Positions 31,214 through 40,266 of a stretch of 64,000 bases of DNA are shown here, one piece after another (the stretch's first letter is position 1; each line of letters begins with the position of its first letter). The DNA is from an uncultured Clostridia bacterium (lineage in GTDB: Bacteria; Bacillota; Clostridia; TANB77; CAG-508): the NCBI GenBank assembly GCA_944386365.1, contig CALXAT010000001.1:213028-277027 (forward strand). Direction: 5' to 3'. The translations under genes and the position numbers were made by a program. Below the pieces are notes generated by a model that searched no databases, was not told where the DNA came from, and saw only the letters and a list, made by a program, of their open reading frames with translations.

Positions 31214-31905
31214 TCATTTATTGCAATCTTCATCAATACATTTTTCTGGCGGTTCTTTAAAGCTTAAATACCAACTAACTCCATTTTTATTATTCTCTAC
31301 ATGATTTACACGTTCTATTAATTCTTCATAAGTTTTGGGTGGCGAAACAATTACTGGTTGATTTGGAAGCCAATTTGCTGCAGTTGAACCCTCAGAACAA
31401 TCAGCCATTTGTAATGCTTGCAAAGTTCTTATAATTTCTGGGATAAATCTTCCTACATTCATTGGATAAATAAAAATTGTTCTAATAATACCTTTATCAT
31501 CTATAATATAAACATTTCTAACTGTTTCTGTATTACTGATATCACTTGATATCATACCATATCTTCTCGCAATTTCTCCATTTCTATCAGCAATTATTGG
31601 AAATGATACTTTTATTCCTGTCTTGCAAAATATATCATAAATCCATGCTAAGTGTGAAGCATTACTATCTACACTTAATCCCAATAATTCTGTATTCAAT
31701 TGTTTAAAATATGTATGTGCTCTTGTAAAAGCAATTATTTCAGTTGTACAAACAGGAGTAAAATCTCCTGGATGAGAAAATAAAATTAACCATTTTCCGT
31801 AAATAATCATTTAAGGTCACTTTCCCGCATAGTTGTATTTGCTTCAAATTCTGGTGCTCGTTGTCCAATTTTAACATTTCCATTCATCATTAATTCATAA
31901 TCCAT
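31214..31905 (-). pseudogene. 1-Cys peroxiredoxin (Prx6-like) interrupted by a -1 frameshift
   Basis: The downstream frame MIIYGKWLILFSHPGDFTPVCTTE… carries the peroxidatic Cys. The conserved N-terminus MDYELMMNGNVKIGQRAPEFEANTTMRESDLK* lies upstream in another frame and ends at a TGA overlapping the internal ATG (…cttaaATGAtt…, ~31808). A single-base insertion would fuse them. Confidence 0.65.
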
Positions 31906-32034
31906 AAAACAATATTCTCCTTTCATTTTTATATATTTTATGGATTATGGCTTAGTTTTGTTACTATTATATTAAATATGCAAAACTGCATCTTTGACAA
32001 TATGTCTAGATGCAGTTTCACACAATTTGTTGGA

Positions 32035-32496
32035 TTATCTGTTGCCATTACTGCCTGCCTTTATAGACAGCACATAAATTGGTTTACCATAGTTATTAAC
32101 CAATTTATGTGTCTCACCCTTCAGGCAGACTTCAATTCTTCCATCAGGAAAAACATACCATTCTTTAATTTTTCTTTTTTGTTTTCCCCTATTTGCTGGC
32201 TCATCATGTCCATGCTCACCAATAACCTCTCCTGAGGACTCCACATACATCCAGGAAAATCTGTGTACTGTATGTTTATGCCGGTACTCGCCAATGTCAC
32301 ATCTCCACACATCTCCTGTAATGTCATTTCCTCTTAGCTTTTTCCATCGACCTTTACTTGGATCGATTCTAAGAATCTCCTCAAGTTCTCTCCAAAAAGG
32401 TTCCATTGGGCCTTCAATCCAATAAGGCTTTTTAGTTTGTTCTCTAAGAGCATTCAATTTCTTTACAGTAAATTTTTCCTTCCGTATTGTTGCCAT
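32035..32496 (-). CDS. Cupin-domain protein (locally elevated GC)
   Basis: 153 aa. GEVIGEHGHDEP … WYVFPDGRIEV, a two-His cupin-like motif. GC is visibly higher than the flanks. A hairpin terminator lies at 31984-32019. Confidence 0.55.
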   Translation of the reverse strand: MATIRKEKFTVKKLNALREQTKKPYWIEGPMEPFWRELEEILRIDPSKGRWKKLRGNDITGDVWRCDIGEYRHKHTVHRFSWMYVESSGEVIGEHGHDEPANRGKQKRKIKEWYVFPDGRIEVCLKGETHKLVNNYGKPIYVLSIKAGSNGNR

Positions 32497-32602
32497 AGTT
32501 CATACCTCCAACTTAATTATTTTACTATAACTTCTTTTCTATTATATCATAAAATACCTATATATTCAACATTATCAGCGTATTGCTCTTATTCTGTTTA
32601 AA

Positions 32603-33181
32603 TTAAAATAAATTTTTAATTTTCATATATATATCATACCAGCTAAATACTCTAGTCATATTTTCTAAATGCATATTTCTATTATATCTACAATCATAAC
32701 AAAACACATGCGTATGTTTTACAAATGTTGGTATTGTTTCTGGACTATCTTCTATCATAATATCAATTTTTAAGGAATCTATCTGTTTTGTTTTATCTGG
32801 TGAAAAATAGATTTCATCATAGATAATATGATTTTCTTTTAGCCATTTTAAAGCAATTTTTCTTGTTTTTTCCCCTTCATCTGTATTTTCTGTAGTATAA
32901 TGTCTTGAAGTTATAATATATATAGAATTTCCCTCTTCTTTTAGCTTTTTTATAACCTCACTTGCATATTTTCTTGCAGGTTCATTTTCTATATAATTCC
33001 AAAAATATTCTTTTCTATATTCATCTAATATTTCTTGTGACCAATTATACTTACGATATTCATATTTATATGGATCTTGAAATCCTTCCAATTTATGTTC
33101 AAATATATATTTAGAAGTTGTATCCATTATATAATCATCATCATTTGTTAACACACCATCAATATCAATTCCTATATTCAT
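32603..33181 (-). CDS. HAD-superfamily 5'(3')-deoxyribonucleotidase-like hydrolase
   Basis: 192 aa. Begins MNIGIDIDGVLT (DxDxV nucleophile motif); NT5C/YorS-like. Confidence 0.65.
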   Translation of the reverse strand: MNIGIDIDGVLTNDDDYIMDTTSKYIFEHKLEGFQDPYKYEYRKYNWSQEILDEYRKEYFWNYIENEPARKYASEVIKKLKEEGNSIYIITSRHYTTENTDEGEKTRKIALKWLKENHIIYDEIYFSPDKTKQIDSLKIDIMIEDSPETIPTFVKHTHVFCYDCRYNRNMHLENMTRVFSWYDIYMKIKNLF

Positions 33182-33213
33182 ATTTTTTCCCTTCCCTTAT
33201 TATTTTTTATATT

Positions 33214-33960
33214 TTATTTATGACTATCCATATAAAGCAAATCTCTTAAATATGGTCTTTTAGGATTCGTTAATCTATCTAATTCTTCCATTGCATTACT
33301 CTTAGATATAAAATGTAATTTTGAAAATTCTACTTCTTGGTTATTTTCCTTCAAATATTCCTTATACTTTCTGTAATGTTCTTTCATATCTCTTTCTGTC
33401 ATTTCTAAGAACCCTTTTACCATAGGTGCATACGAATGTCTTTTACCTTCTGGAATTTCCATATACTTCATTTTATATTTCTTAATTAACTTATTATCAA
33501 ATAAATCTAAATTTAATTCTTCTTTTAGTTCTCTTGCAATATTTTTTATTAAATCTACTTTTCCATTCTCTTTTATATCGTTTTGGTCTAAATTCCCACC
33601 ACTAATTTGTAAACCTTTTGGATAAGAAGTAGTCTCATCCATCTCTCCTAAGATATATTTACCGTCACTTGTTTCTAATAATATACCTCCATTTAAGTTA
33701 TAACATCCTAAATTGCCTTTTAATCCGACCCTTTCATCATATAGGTAATGTGCATAATTTGTTTTTTGGATCGTTATCCTTATTTTTTCATCTAATTCCT
33801 CAAATCTGCTTACACTCCATACTTCTCCATTAAATAAATGCGGGTTGGCTTCCACCTGTTTTTCCCAAAAACTTTTTATTTCTTTTTGCAGTTTTTGTGG
33901 CAAAAACACATTTTCTTCTTCTTTAACGATTTCTAATTTTTTATTTAATTTTATCACCAT
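33214..33960 (-). CDS. Hypothetical protein (degenerate Nudix-like box ISGGNLD…IARELKEELNL)
   Basis: 248 aa. AAAGAGG RBS. Only weak resemblance to the Nudix signature. Confidence 0.5.
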   Translation of the reverse strand: MVIKLNKKLEIVKEEENVFLPQKLQKEIKSFWEKQVEANPHLFNGEVWSVSRFEELDEKIRITIQKTNYAHYLYDERVGLKGNLGCYNLNGGILLETSDGKYILGEMDETTSYPKGLQISGGNLDQNDIKENGKVDLIKNIARELKEELNLDLFDNKLIKKYKMKYMEIPEGKRHSYAPMVKGFLEMTERDMKEHYRKYKEYLKENNQEVEFSKLHFISKSNAMEELDRLTNPKRPYLRDLLYMDSHK

Positions 33961-33961
33961 T

Positions 33962-34762
33962 TTATGATACCTCTTTATATATCTTTTCTAAAAACTTTGC
34001 AACACCATCTTCATCATTTGTATCTGTCACTTCATCAGCAACTTTTTTTATATCTTCTAATGCATTTCCCATAACAACACGATGTCCTACAATTTCAAAC
34101 ATTGGTAAATCATTATAACTATCCCCTATTGCAACACTATCTTTTAAATCAATTTTTAAATAGGCACATAACCTTTTAATTGCATTTCCTTTGCTTGTTC
34201 CTTTACATGCTACATCTAAAAATAAGGACGTTTCAACTGGAACATGTTTATTTACCAAACTTTTTGATGAATTGATGATTTCTACATCTTCTAATTTTTC
34301 TATTTCAGATTTGATATTTCTTATTTTGCTTGCATCTTCATCTGTAATAATACATTGTGTTGATGAATGTGTTTTTAGATATTCTTTTAAAACACTATCT
34401 GATTCATTAAAAACTATCCTTTTGTCTCTAGAATTTATAACAAATTGCACCTTATATTTTTCAGCTAGTTGATATAACTTTATAATCATTTGTTTTTTTA
34501 GATTATTTTCATATATAATTTCCTTATTTTTATAATCATAAATTTCGCCACCATTACAGGCAATTATATAATTACTAGCCATTGCCTCTTTACTTACATC
34601 TTCTACATATTGTCTATATCTTCCTGAACATATAACAATATATATACCTTTATCGACTATATTTTTTATTGCCTTCCTTGTTCTCTTGACAATTTGTTTT
34701 TTACTATTTCTTAACGTTCCATCTATATCAATAAAAATAATTTTATACACTACTAAGCTCAA
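33962..34762 (-). CDS. Cof-type HAD-IIB phosphatase
   Basis: …KIIFIDIDGTLR… and …VAIGDSYNDLPMF… motifs. The start is ambiguous: TTG 34762 or GTG 34750. Confidence 0.8.
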   Translation of the reverse strand: MSLVVYKIIFIDIDGTLRNSKKQIVKRTRKAIKNIVDKGIYIVICSGRYRQYVEDVSKEAMASNYIIACNGGEIYDYKNKEIIYENNLKKQMIIKLYQLAEKYKVQFVINSRDKRIVFNESDSVLKEYLKTHSSTQCIITDEDASKIRNIKSEIEKLEDVEIINSSKSLVNKHVPVETSLFLDVACKGTSKGNAIKRLCAYLKIDLKDSVAIGDSYNDLPMFEIVGHRVVMGNALEDIKKVADEVTDTNDEDGVAKFLEKIYKEVS

Positions 34763-34771
34763 CCTTTCTTA

Positions 34772-35920
34772 TTATAAAATAATGAATGGAACCTCCATTT
34801 CTTCTGGAGATAAACCACAATGTGTAGATTTTTTCTCTGGTTTTTCTTTACTAATATTGGTTCCTAATTTAAAACTTGCACTTCCGATCGATACAGAAAT
34901 ATAGTTTCCTATAAAGTCATCTATTTTTTTATGTTTATTACCATATCCTAACATATGTTTTTCTAAAAATTCCTCTCTTGTATATAGCAAGAATTCTTCC
35001 CTAAATCTTTCTTTAAATATCTGTTCAAACTGTTTCTTTTTTTCCTCCTTAATCCAAAAGGTCGTACATCTAGATTCTAAGCTAGGTGGCATTATTAAAC
35101 AATCTTGAATATCTTCCATATGTAAAATATCATATACTTTTTCTATATCTTTATGCCCATGGTCTGCTGAAATAATCAATAAGGTATTTGTTCCTTGTAA
35201 GTTGTTATATAAATCTTCTATTTTCTTTTCTGTATCTAGAATAAATTCTTTAACCTCACTAGATTTGCAACCACATTTATGTAATAAACCATCTGGTTCA
35301 TCATTATAGGCTAGTATAAAGTTTTTGTCTGTATTTTTACAAATCGCTTCTATAGAATCACATAAAATTTCTATCGTGTTGGCATTTATATTTCTCTTAC
35401 TTCTCGACATACAATAAGAAGGACTTATTTCATATGCTTTAACTTCTTTTGAGGCTTCTTCTATTTGATCATATATAGAAATATATTGTATTTGTTCTTG
35501 TACATTTATTTTTGCATCTTTGTAGATTTCTCCTGTATAAGAGTCTCGATTAGGTAAAATATCGATACTACGACCGTATTCTTTAAAGTATTGAGACCAT
35601 GCAATCCAACCAGTTTCAATCGGAGGTTTTCCTGAATAATATGTTGTCATTGCTGCTGCAGTTGTAGAGGGAAAAACAGAGGTTATTGTTTTTTTCTGTT
35701 TTTCCTTAAACAAGCCTTCTGGAGAAGTTATATCTAATATCTTTTCTCCCATACCATCTAGAATAATTAATACAATATTCTGATACCTATTTTGTAATAC
35801 TTCATCCAATATATCTATCCCATTATATTTCGTATTAACTTTATAATACTTTAATATGGAATTTATCAAATTTAAAATACTATTTTTATAATCTGGAAAA
35901 ACTATTTTTTTGTCTATCAT
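34772..35920 (-). CDS. Alkaline-phosphatase-superfamily phosphoesterase (type I phosphodiesterase / nucleotide pyrophosphatase-like)
   Basis: 382 aa. LIILDGMG…SVFPSTTAAAMTT… and …ISADHGH… metal-ligand motifs. Confidence 0.7.
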   Translation of the reverse strand: MIDKKIVFPDYKNSILNLINSILKYYKVNTKYNGIDILDEVLQNRYQNIVLIILDGMGEKILDITSPEGLFKEKQKKTITSVFPSTTAAAMTTYYSGKPPIETGWIAWSQYFKEYGRSIDILPNRDSYTGEIYKDAKINVQEQIQYISIYDQIEEASKEVKAYEISPSYCMSRSKRNINANTIEILCDSIEAICKNTDKNFILAYNDEPDGLLHKCGCKSSEVKEFILDTEKKIEDLYNNLQGTNTLLIISADHGHKDIEKVYDILHMEDIQDCLIMPPSLESRCTTFWIKEEKKKQFEQIFKERFREEFLLYTREEFLEKHMLGYGNKHKKIDDFIGNYISVSIGSASFKLGTNISKEKPEKKSTHCGLSPEEMEVPFIIL

Positions 35921-36035
35921 AGAATCACCTTTTTATTTCATATTCAAAAAAATTCTATCATAAGAAATACTAGATTACAATAAAAAAGTACAATAAAAAA
36001 ATATTACTGTACTTTTTATTATATCTAATTTATAT

Positions 36036-36872
36036 TTAAACAAGCTCTTTATATTTCTCTTCTTCCAATTGTCTTAAATAATCAATATATTCTTCTAGGC
36101 ACATAGCATGTTCTTTCATATATGTTGCATTTTCTATTCCCACATATCTATAATGCCATGGTTCATAATTAATCATTGTAATCTCTTTTTTATCTGTTGG
36201 ATATCTCAAAGTAAATCCATATTTATATGAATTTTCTATCAACCATTTTTGTACATCTGTTTGTTCTTGTTTTTCATCTAGTATTTGATAATTTTTAGAA
36301 ACAATATCTACTGCCAATCCTGTTTCATGTTCTCCTGTACCAGGAATTGCTATCCAATAAGAAGCTAATTCTTCTGCTTCAGCACTACTATATCCCAATC
36401 TTTTATATGCTTTTATTTTATTATTATATAATTGCTTTTGTTTTGCATTTGTTCTGTAACTTGAACATATGATTGGTGACAATCCTTGTTCTCTTGCATC
36501 ATTTAACATCTGATTTAAATGATCAACTATTCTTTTGTCTACTTTATGTGTTATTTCTACTTCCTCTAGCTCAACTTTATAGTCATCTGGAATTTTATGA
36601 TTTTTATTAACCAATAACAATTCCCAGTCTGTTGTACTACTATTAATACTATTCTGCCTGTTGTTTTCTTCTGTTTCGTCTTTTTTCTCTTCATTTATTG
36701 TATTATACAATTCTTTTACATCTATGCTTGCTTCTACTGATGCTTGTCCATCTTTTTTATAAGTAATATATTTGTATAAAATGGCTAAAGCGAATACAAT
36801 CAATAAAACTAATAATATGCATATATTCACATGAATAATATCTTTTATTGCGTTTTCTTTAATTTTTTTCAT
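36036..36872 (-). CDS. D-alanyl-D-alanine carboxypeptidase, VanY/M15B family, membrane-anchored
   Basis: N-terminal TM helix. SSYRTNAKQKQLY…GTGEHETGLAVDI…EPWHYRYVG catalytic motifs. Confidence 0.85.
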   Translation of the reverse strand: MKKIKENAIKDIIHVNICILLVLLIVFALAILYKYITYKKDGQASVEASIDVKELYNTINEEKKDETEENNRQNSINSSTTDWELLLVNKNHKIPDDYKVELEEVEITHKVDKRIVDHLNQMLNDAREQGLSPIICSSYRTNAKQKQLYNNKIKAYKRLGYSSAEAEELASYWIAIPGTGEHETGLAVDIVSKNYQILDEKQEQTDVQKWLIENSYKYGFTLRYPTDKKEITMINYEPWHYRYVGIENATYMKEHAMCLEEYIDYLRQLEEEKYKELV

Positions 36873-37127
36873 ATAAACTTCCTCTTTATTTTTATATGCT
36901 GTAATATTTTACTTTTCTTGCTTTTATCACCTATATTTTAACATAAATATATATTTATCTGCAACAACATTATTTTCCATTTTATTTATCCTTTGTTAAT
37001 TTGCCTTTTATATCTACTTTTATATTACCATTTTTAACAAAAAAGTTACACGAAAAAGTAAAAAGATATATAATTTGTATCTTATATATCTTTCCTTAAC
37101 ATGTTCTGCCTATTTTTATACAATTAA

Positions 37128-37664
37128 TTAAATTTCATATCCATACCCTACAACTGGATATTCTTTTCCTCCTATAATATATGCTTTTTCCCCTAATAAA
37201 ATACCTCCCATTCTTTCATAAAATTTTCTTGAAGGTTCATTATCTTTTAAGCACCATAAAAGCATTTTACGTTTTCCTTGTTCATTTAATTTTTTACTTG
37301 CATATTTTAATAGTTTGCTTCCTATCTTTTTTCTTAATAATCCTGGTTTTACATATAAAGCATGAATTTCTCCATCATACTTTTTAAACTTATCTAATTC
37401 ATCCAGTCTTTCACCATATCTTGCAACACCTACAATTTCCTTTGTTTCTTTAACTTTTGCAACAATATAATTTTTATCATGGTTTTTATCAAGATAATTT
37501 TCTTTTATTTCTTCTACTCTTTCCGCTATATTTAAACTTTGTAAATATTTTTCATCTATAATTCCCTTATATGCAATTTTCCAAGAATTTACAAAAATTT
37601 TAGCAACTGTTTCTATATCATTTTCCTTCATCTTTTCTATTATAATATCTTTCAATTTAATCAC
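37128..37664 (-). CDS. GNAT family N-acetyltransferase
   Basis: 178 aa; a GNAT fold with the acetyl-CoA-binding motif VARYGERL…/…LLRKKIGSKLL. Confidence 0.8.
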   Translation of the reverse strand: MIKLKDIIIEKMKENDIETVAKIFVNSWKIAYKGIIDEKYLQSLNIAERVEEIKENYLDKNHDKNYIVAKVKETKEIVGVARYGERLDELDKFKKYDGEIHALYVKPGLLRKKIGSKLLKYASKKLNEQGKRKMLLWCLKDNEPSRKFYERMGGILLGEKAYIIGGKEYPVVGYGYEI

Positions 37665-37667
37665 CTA

Positions 37668-38237
37668 CTATATATTTTTATTCTTTATATATGTATCATT
37701 AAATTCCTCTTTTAAAATATCCATTAAAATTTTGTCATAATACTTACCATTTAAGTAATAGTCTTCTCTTAGTCTTCCTGCTTCTTTAAATCCACATTTT
37801 TTATAGCAAGCAATTGCTCTTTCATTAAATGAAAGAACAGTTAAATGTATGCTATTTAAATTAAGATAGTTAAATCCATAATCTAAAATTAAATGAATGG
37901 CTTCTTTTCCTATTCCTTTTCCTCTATAAGTTTCATCTCCAATAAAAATACCAAGTTCTGCTGACCTATTGATATAATCTATATTTTCTAAACTAATCGT
38001 ACCTATCATTTCATTTTTTTCTAAAGTGACAATAACAAAATAATATCTTGTTGGATCATTATCATATGTTTTTTCTAAATACGCTTTTTCACCGTTTAAA
38101 GTTACTAATAGTCCGCTTCTTCCTAATCCATCTGTTACCTTAAAATCATTTAACCATTTTGTAAATATTTCTACATCATCACTATTTCTCGGTGATAAAT
38201 AAATTGTTTTACCTACTAATTTTTTAAAATATTTCAT
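37668..38237 (-). CDS. GNAT N-acetyltransferase, RimL/RimJ-like (MccE-CTD-like)
   Basis: 189 aa. …LVGKTIYLSPRNSDDVEIFTKWLND…RGKGIGKEA…, a typical RimL-type fold. Confidence 0.8.
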   Translation of the reverse strand: MKYFKKLVGKTIYLSPRNSDDVEIFTKWLNDFKVTDGLGRSGLLVTLNGEKAYLEKTYDNDPTRYYFVIVTLEKNEMIGTISLENIDYINRSAELGIFIGDETYRGKGIGKEAIHLILDYGFNYLNLNSIHLTVLSFNERAIACYKKCGFKEAGRLREDYYLNGKYYDKILMDILKEEFNDTYIKNKNI

Positions 38238-38252
38238 TTACACTCACCTACT

Positions 38253-39254
38253 TTACTTTCTGTTACTTATTTGGATACTGGTATTTCCCTCTTTTGCCAC
38301 TATTTTTGCATATCCACCAATTGGAAATGTAAAAATCGGTGTTGTATGTCCAAAATCTACATTTGCGATAACTGGAATCCCCTTTAATTCTATTTTATTT
38401 TTGATTAATTTTATCCATTTATCATCTGTCATTTCACAATTTCTTTCTGCTCTTCCAATAACAATACCCTGTACTTTTTTAATCGTGTGTAATAAAGATT
38501 GTAAATCTCTATCAAATTCCATTAAAAAAGCTTTTCCTACTAATCCATCATCTTCAAGGAATAAGATTTTATTTTCTAAATCTGGCATATATTCTGTTCC
38601 TTGTAACAAATTTAATGTGCATAAGTTTCCGCCTATAATTTCTCCTTCTGCTTCTCCTTCATTAATTACCAAATATCCTTCATTTTGAATAAAAGTTCGC
38701 TTTTCTTGTTCTTTAAACCAAGAATCATTACTCCATTTTTCTGCTGGTTGTATATCTATTTTGTCTTCGTTGTTCATAAACATTTTTCTGAAATATTCTA
38801 GTGTATAATCAAATCCTTTTTTCATGCCAAAACTTGAAAAATGTGGTCCATAATAGGTTACTAGTCCTGTTTTTGCATATATAGCATTTAAAATTGCTGT
38901 TATATCTGAAAAGCCACATAAAATCTTAGGATTTTCTCTTATAATATTATAATCTATATAGTTTAGTAATTGATTAACATTGTATCCCCCTATTACGGTT
39001 AAAATTGCTTTTACATTTTTATCTTTAAAGGCTTCTTCTAAATCTTCTACCCTTTTTTCTATACTTCCGCAACGATAATCTTCATCAAAACAATCCATAA
39101 CATTTTTGGCAAATGTAACTTTAAAGCCTTCATTTTCTAAGCGTTTTATGGCTGTATTTATACAGTCTTCTTTTAATATTGTCATACTTCTAGATGGTGC
39201 AATAACTCTAATTTCATCACCCTTTTTTAATTTTTCTGGTATTAATTTTTTCAT
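38253..39254 (-). CDS. S66 family LD-carboxypeptidase (LdcA/MccF-like)
   Basis: 333 aa. …KKGDEIRVIAPSRS… and …ILCGFSDITAL… with a Ser-nucleophile context; C-terminal catalytic His/Glu region. Confidence 0.85.
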   Translation of the reverse strand: MKKLIPEKLKKGDEIRVIAPSRSMTILKEDCINTAIKRLENEGFKVTFAKNVMDCFDEDYRCGSIEKRVEDLEEAFKDKNVKAILTVIGGYNVNQLLNYIDYNIIRENPKILCGFSDITAILNAIYAKTGLVTYYGPHFSSFGMKKGFDYTLEYFRKMFMNNEDKIDIQPAEKWSNDSWFKEQEKRTFIQNEGYLVINEGEAEGEIIGGNLCTLNLLQGTEYMPDLENKILFLEDDGLVGKAFLMEFDRDLQSLLHTIKKVQGIVIGRAERNCEMTDDKWIKLIKNKIELKGIPVIANVDFGHTTPIFTFPIGGYAKIVAKEGNTSIQISNRK

Positions 39255-39277
39255 CCAATTCCTCCTTTATTCATATA

Positions 39278-40063
39278 TCATTTCTTTTGACATATATGTA
39301 GTACATGACTACTATATCCAATTAAATCTTTTCTTTCACAGGTTGCTAAATGATATTTTATCCATTCTTCAAATTCCTCTTCTGATAATTTATCAATATA
39401 TATCTGCATCGCTTGTGCTATTCCATCTGTCGCTACTTCATGTAAACAAATTGTATTTGTAGCTTCCATCATTTTTTCAAAATCTTTTACCAAGAACAAA
39501 TTAAAAATCTCTTCTGGAGAATTCATAAGCTTAAAATTAGCATCATGTTTATCTTTATATTCTAAAAGCTTATTTTCCATTAACAAGCATCTTAAAATAA
39601 CAGCATCATTAGTAATATATGCAAAATAGATATATCCTCCCTTTTTAGTTACTCGAATTGCTTCCTGAATCGCTTTTTCTTGTTCTTCTTTTGTAAATAA
39701 ATGATACATTGGTCCTAAAACCAAAGTTATATCAAAACTATCGTCTTTTAAAAAACTTAAATCAACAGCATTTCCTTGATGAACTGTTATAGGCATGTTT
39801 TCTTTTATACCTTGTTTTAATTTTCTTATATTTTCCTCTATTAATTCTACTGCTGTTACATCATAACCGTTTTCAGCATAATGCAAAGAATATGCACCCG
39901 TCCCTGCTCCAATTTCTAATATTTTATCCTCTCTTTTTAAATATTTTTCTATATATTTTATGGTTGTTATAAATTCTAATTTATTATGATTAGATTTATC
40001 AAATCTTCTTTCTTCTTCATAAGTGTTATAAAATTTGTTCAAAATTTCTTTTACATTATCCAT
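39278..40063 (-). CDS. Class I SAM-dependent methyltransferase
   Basis: LEIGAGTGAYSLHYAENGYDVTAVE motif I. Start placed at ATG 40063, with AAGGGGGA 4 nt upstream. Confidence 0.8.
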   Translation of the reverse strand: MDNVKEILNKFYNTYEEERRFDKSNHNKLEFITTIKYIEKYLKREDKILEIGAGTGAYSLHYAENGYDVTAVELIEENIRKLKQGIKENMPITVHQGNAVDLSFLKDDSFDITLVLGPMYHLFTKEEQEKAIQEAIRVTKKGGYIYFAYITNDAVILRCLLMENKLLEYKDKHDANFKLMNSPEEIFNLFLVKDFEKMMEATNTICLHEVATDGIAQAMQIYIDKLSEEEFEEWIKYHLATCERKDLIGYSSHVLHICQKK

Positions 40064-40081
40064 AACCATCCCCCTTTTAAA

Positions 40082-40130
40082 TACAAAAAACCTTGCCAAA
40101 GAAATCTTGTATTAAGACTCCTCAGCAAGG
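40082..40130 (-). terminator. Terminator/attenuator-like hairpin in the methyltransferase leader
   Basis: ccttgc…gcaagg outer stem (minus strand) followed by TTTTTTG. It lies ~35 nt upstream of the methyltransferase RBS and downstream of the 40216-40244 promoter. Confidence 0.4.
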
Positions 40131-40215
40131 TGATTTTTCCTGCTTTCTGTGTAGTAACGTATTCGTTACTTCATACCGCTCGAATTTCCTCTAGGTATGC
40201 TCTTAATGTTTTATT

Positions 40216-40244
40216 ATTTTATCATATTATCACACTATTGTCAA
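40216..40244 (-). promoter_or_regulatory. Putative sigma-A promoter (TTGACA-N17-TAAAAT) for the methyltransferase leader
   Basis: Read on the minus strand as ttgacaatagtgtgataatatgataaaat. It drives a ~170-nt leader containing a perfect gtaacg-aata-cgttac hairpin and the terminator-like stem. Confidence 0.4.
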
Positions 40245-40266
40245 ACGATTTACATGTTATGTTTGG

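Noticed and set aside
31978-32235. Plus-strand 85-aa ORF
   Set aside because: It lies entirely within or antisense to the well-supported cupin gene and has no RBS. It is an antisense artefact.
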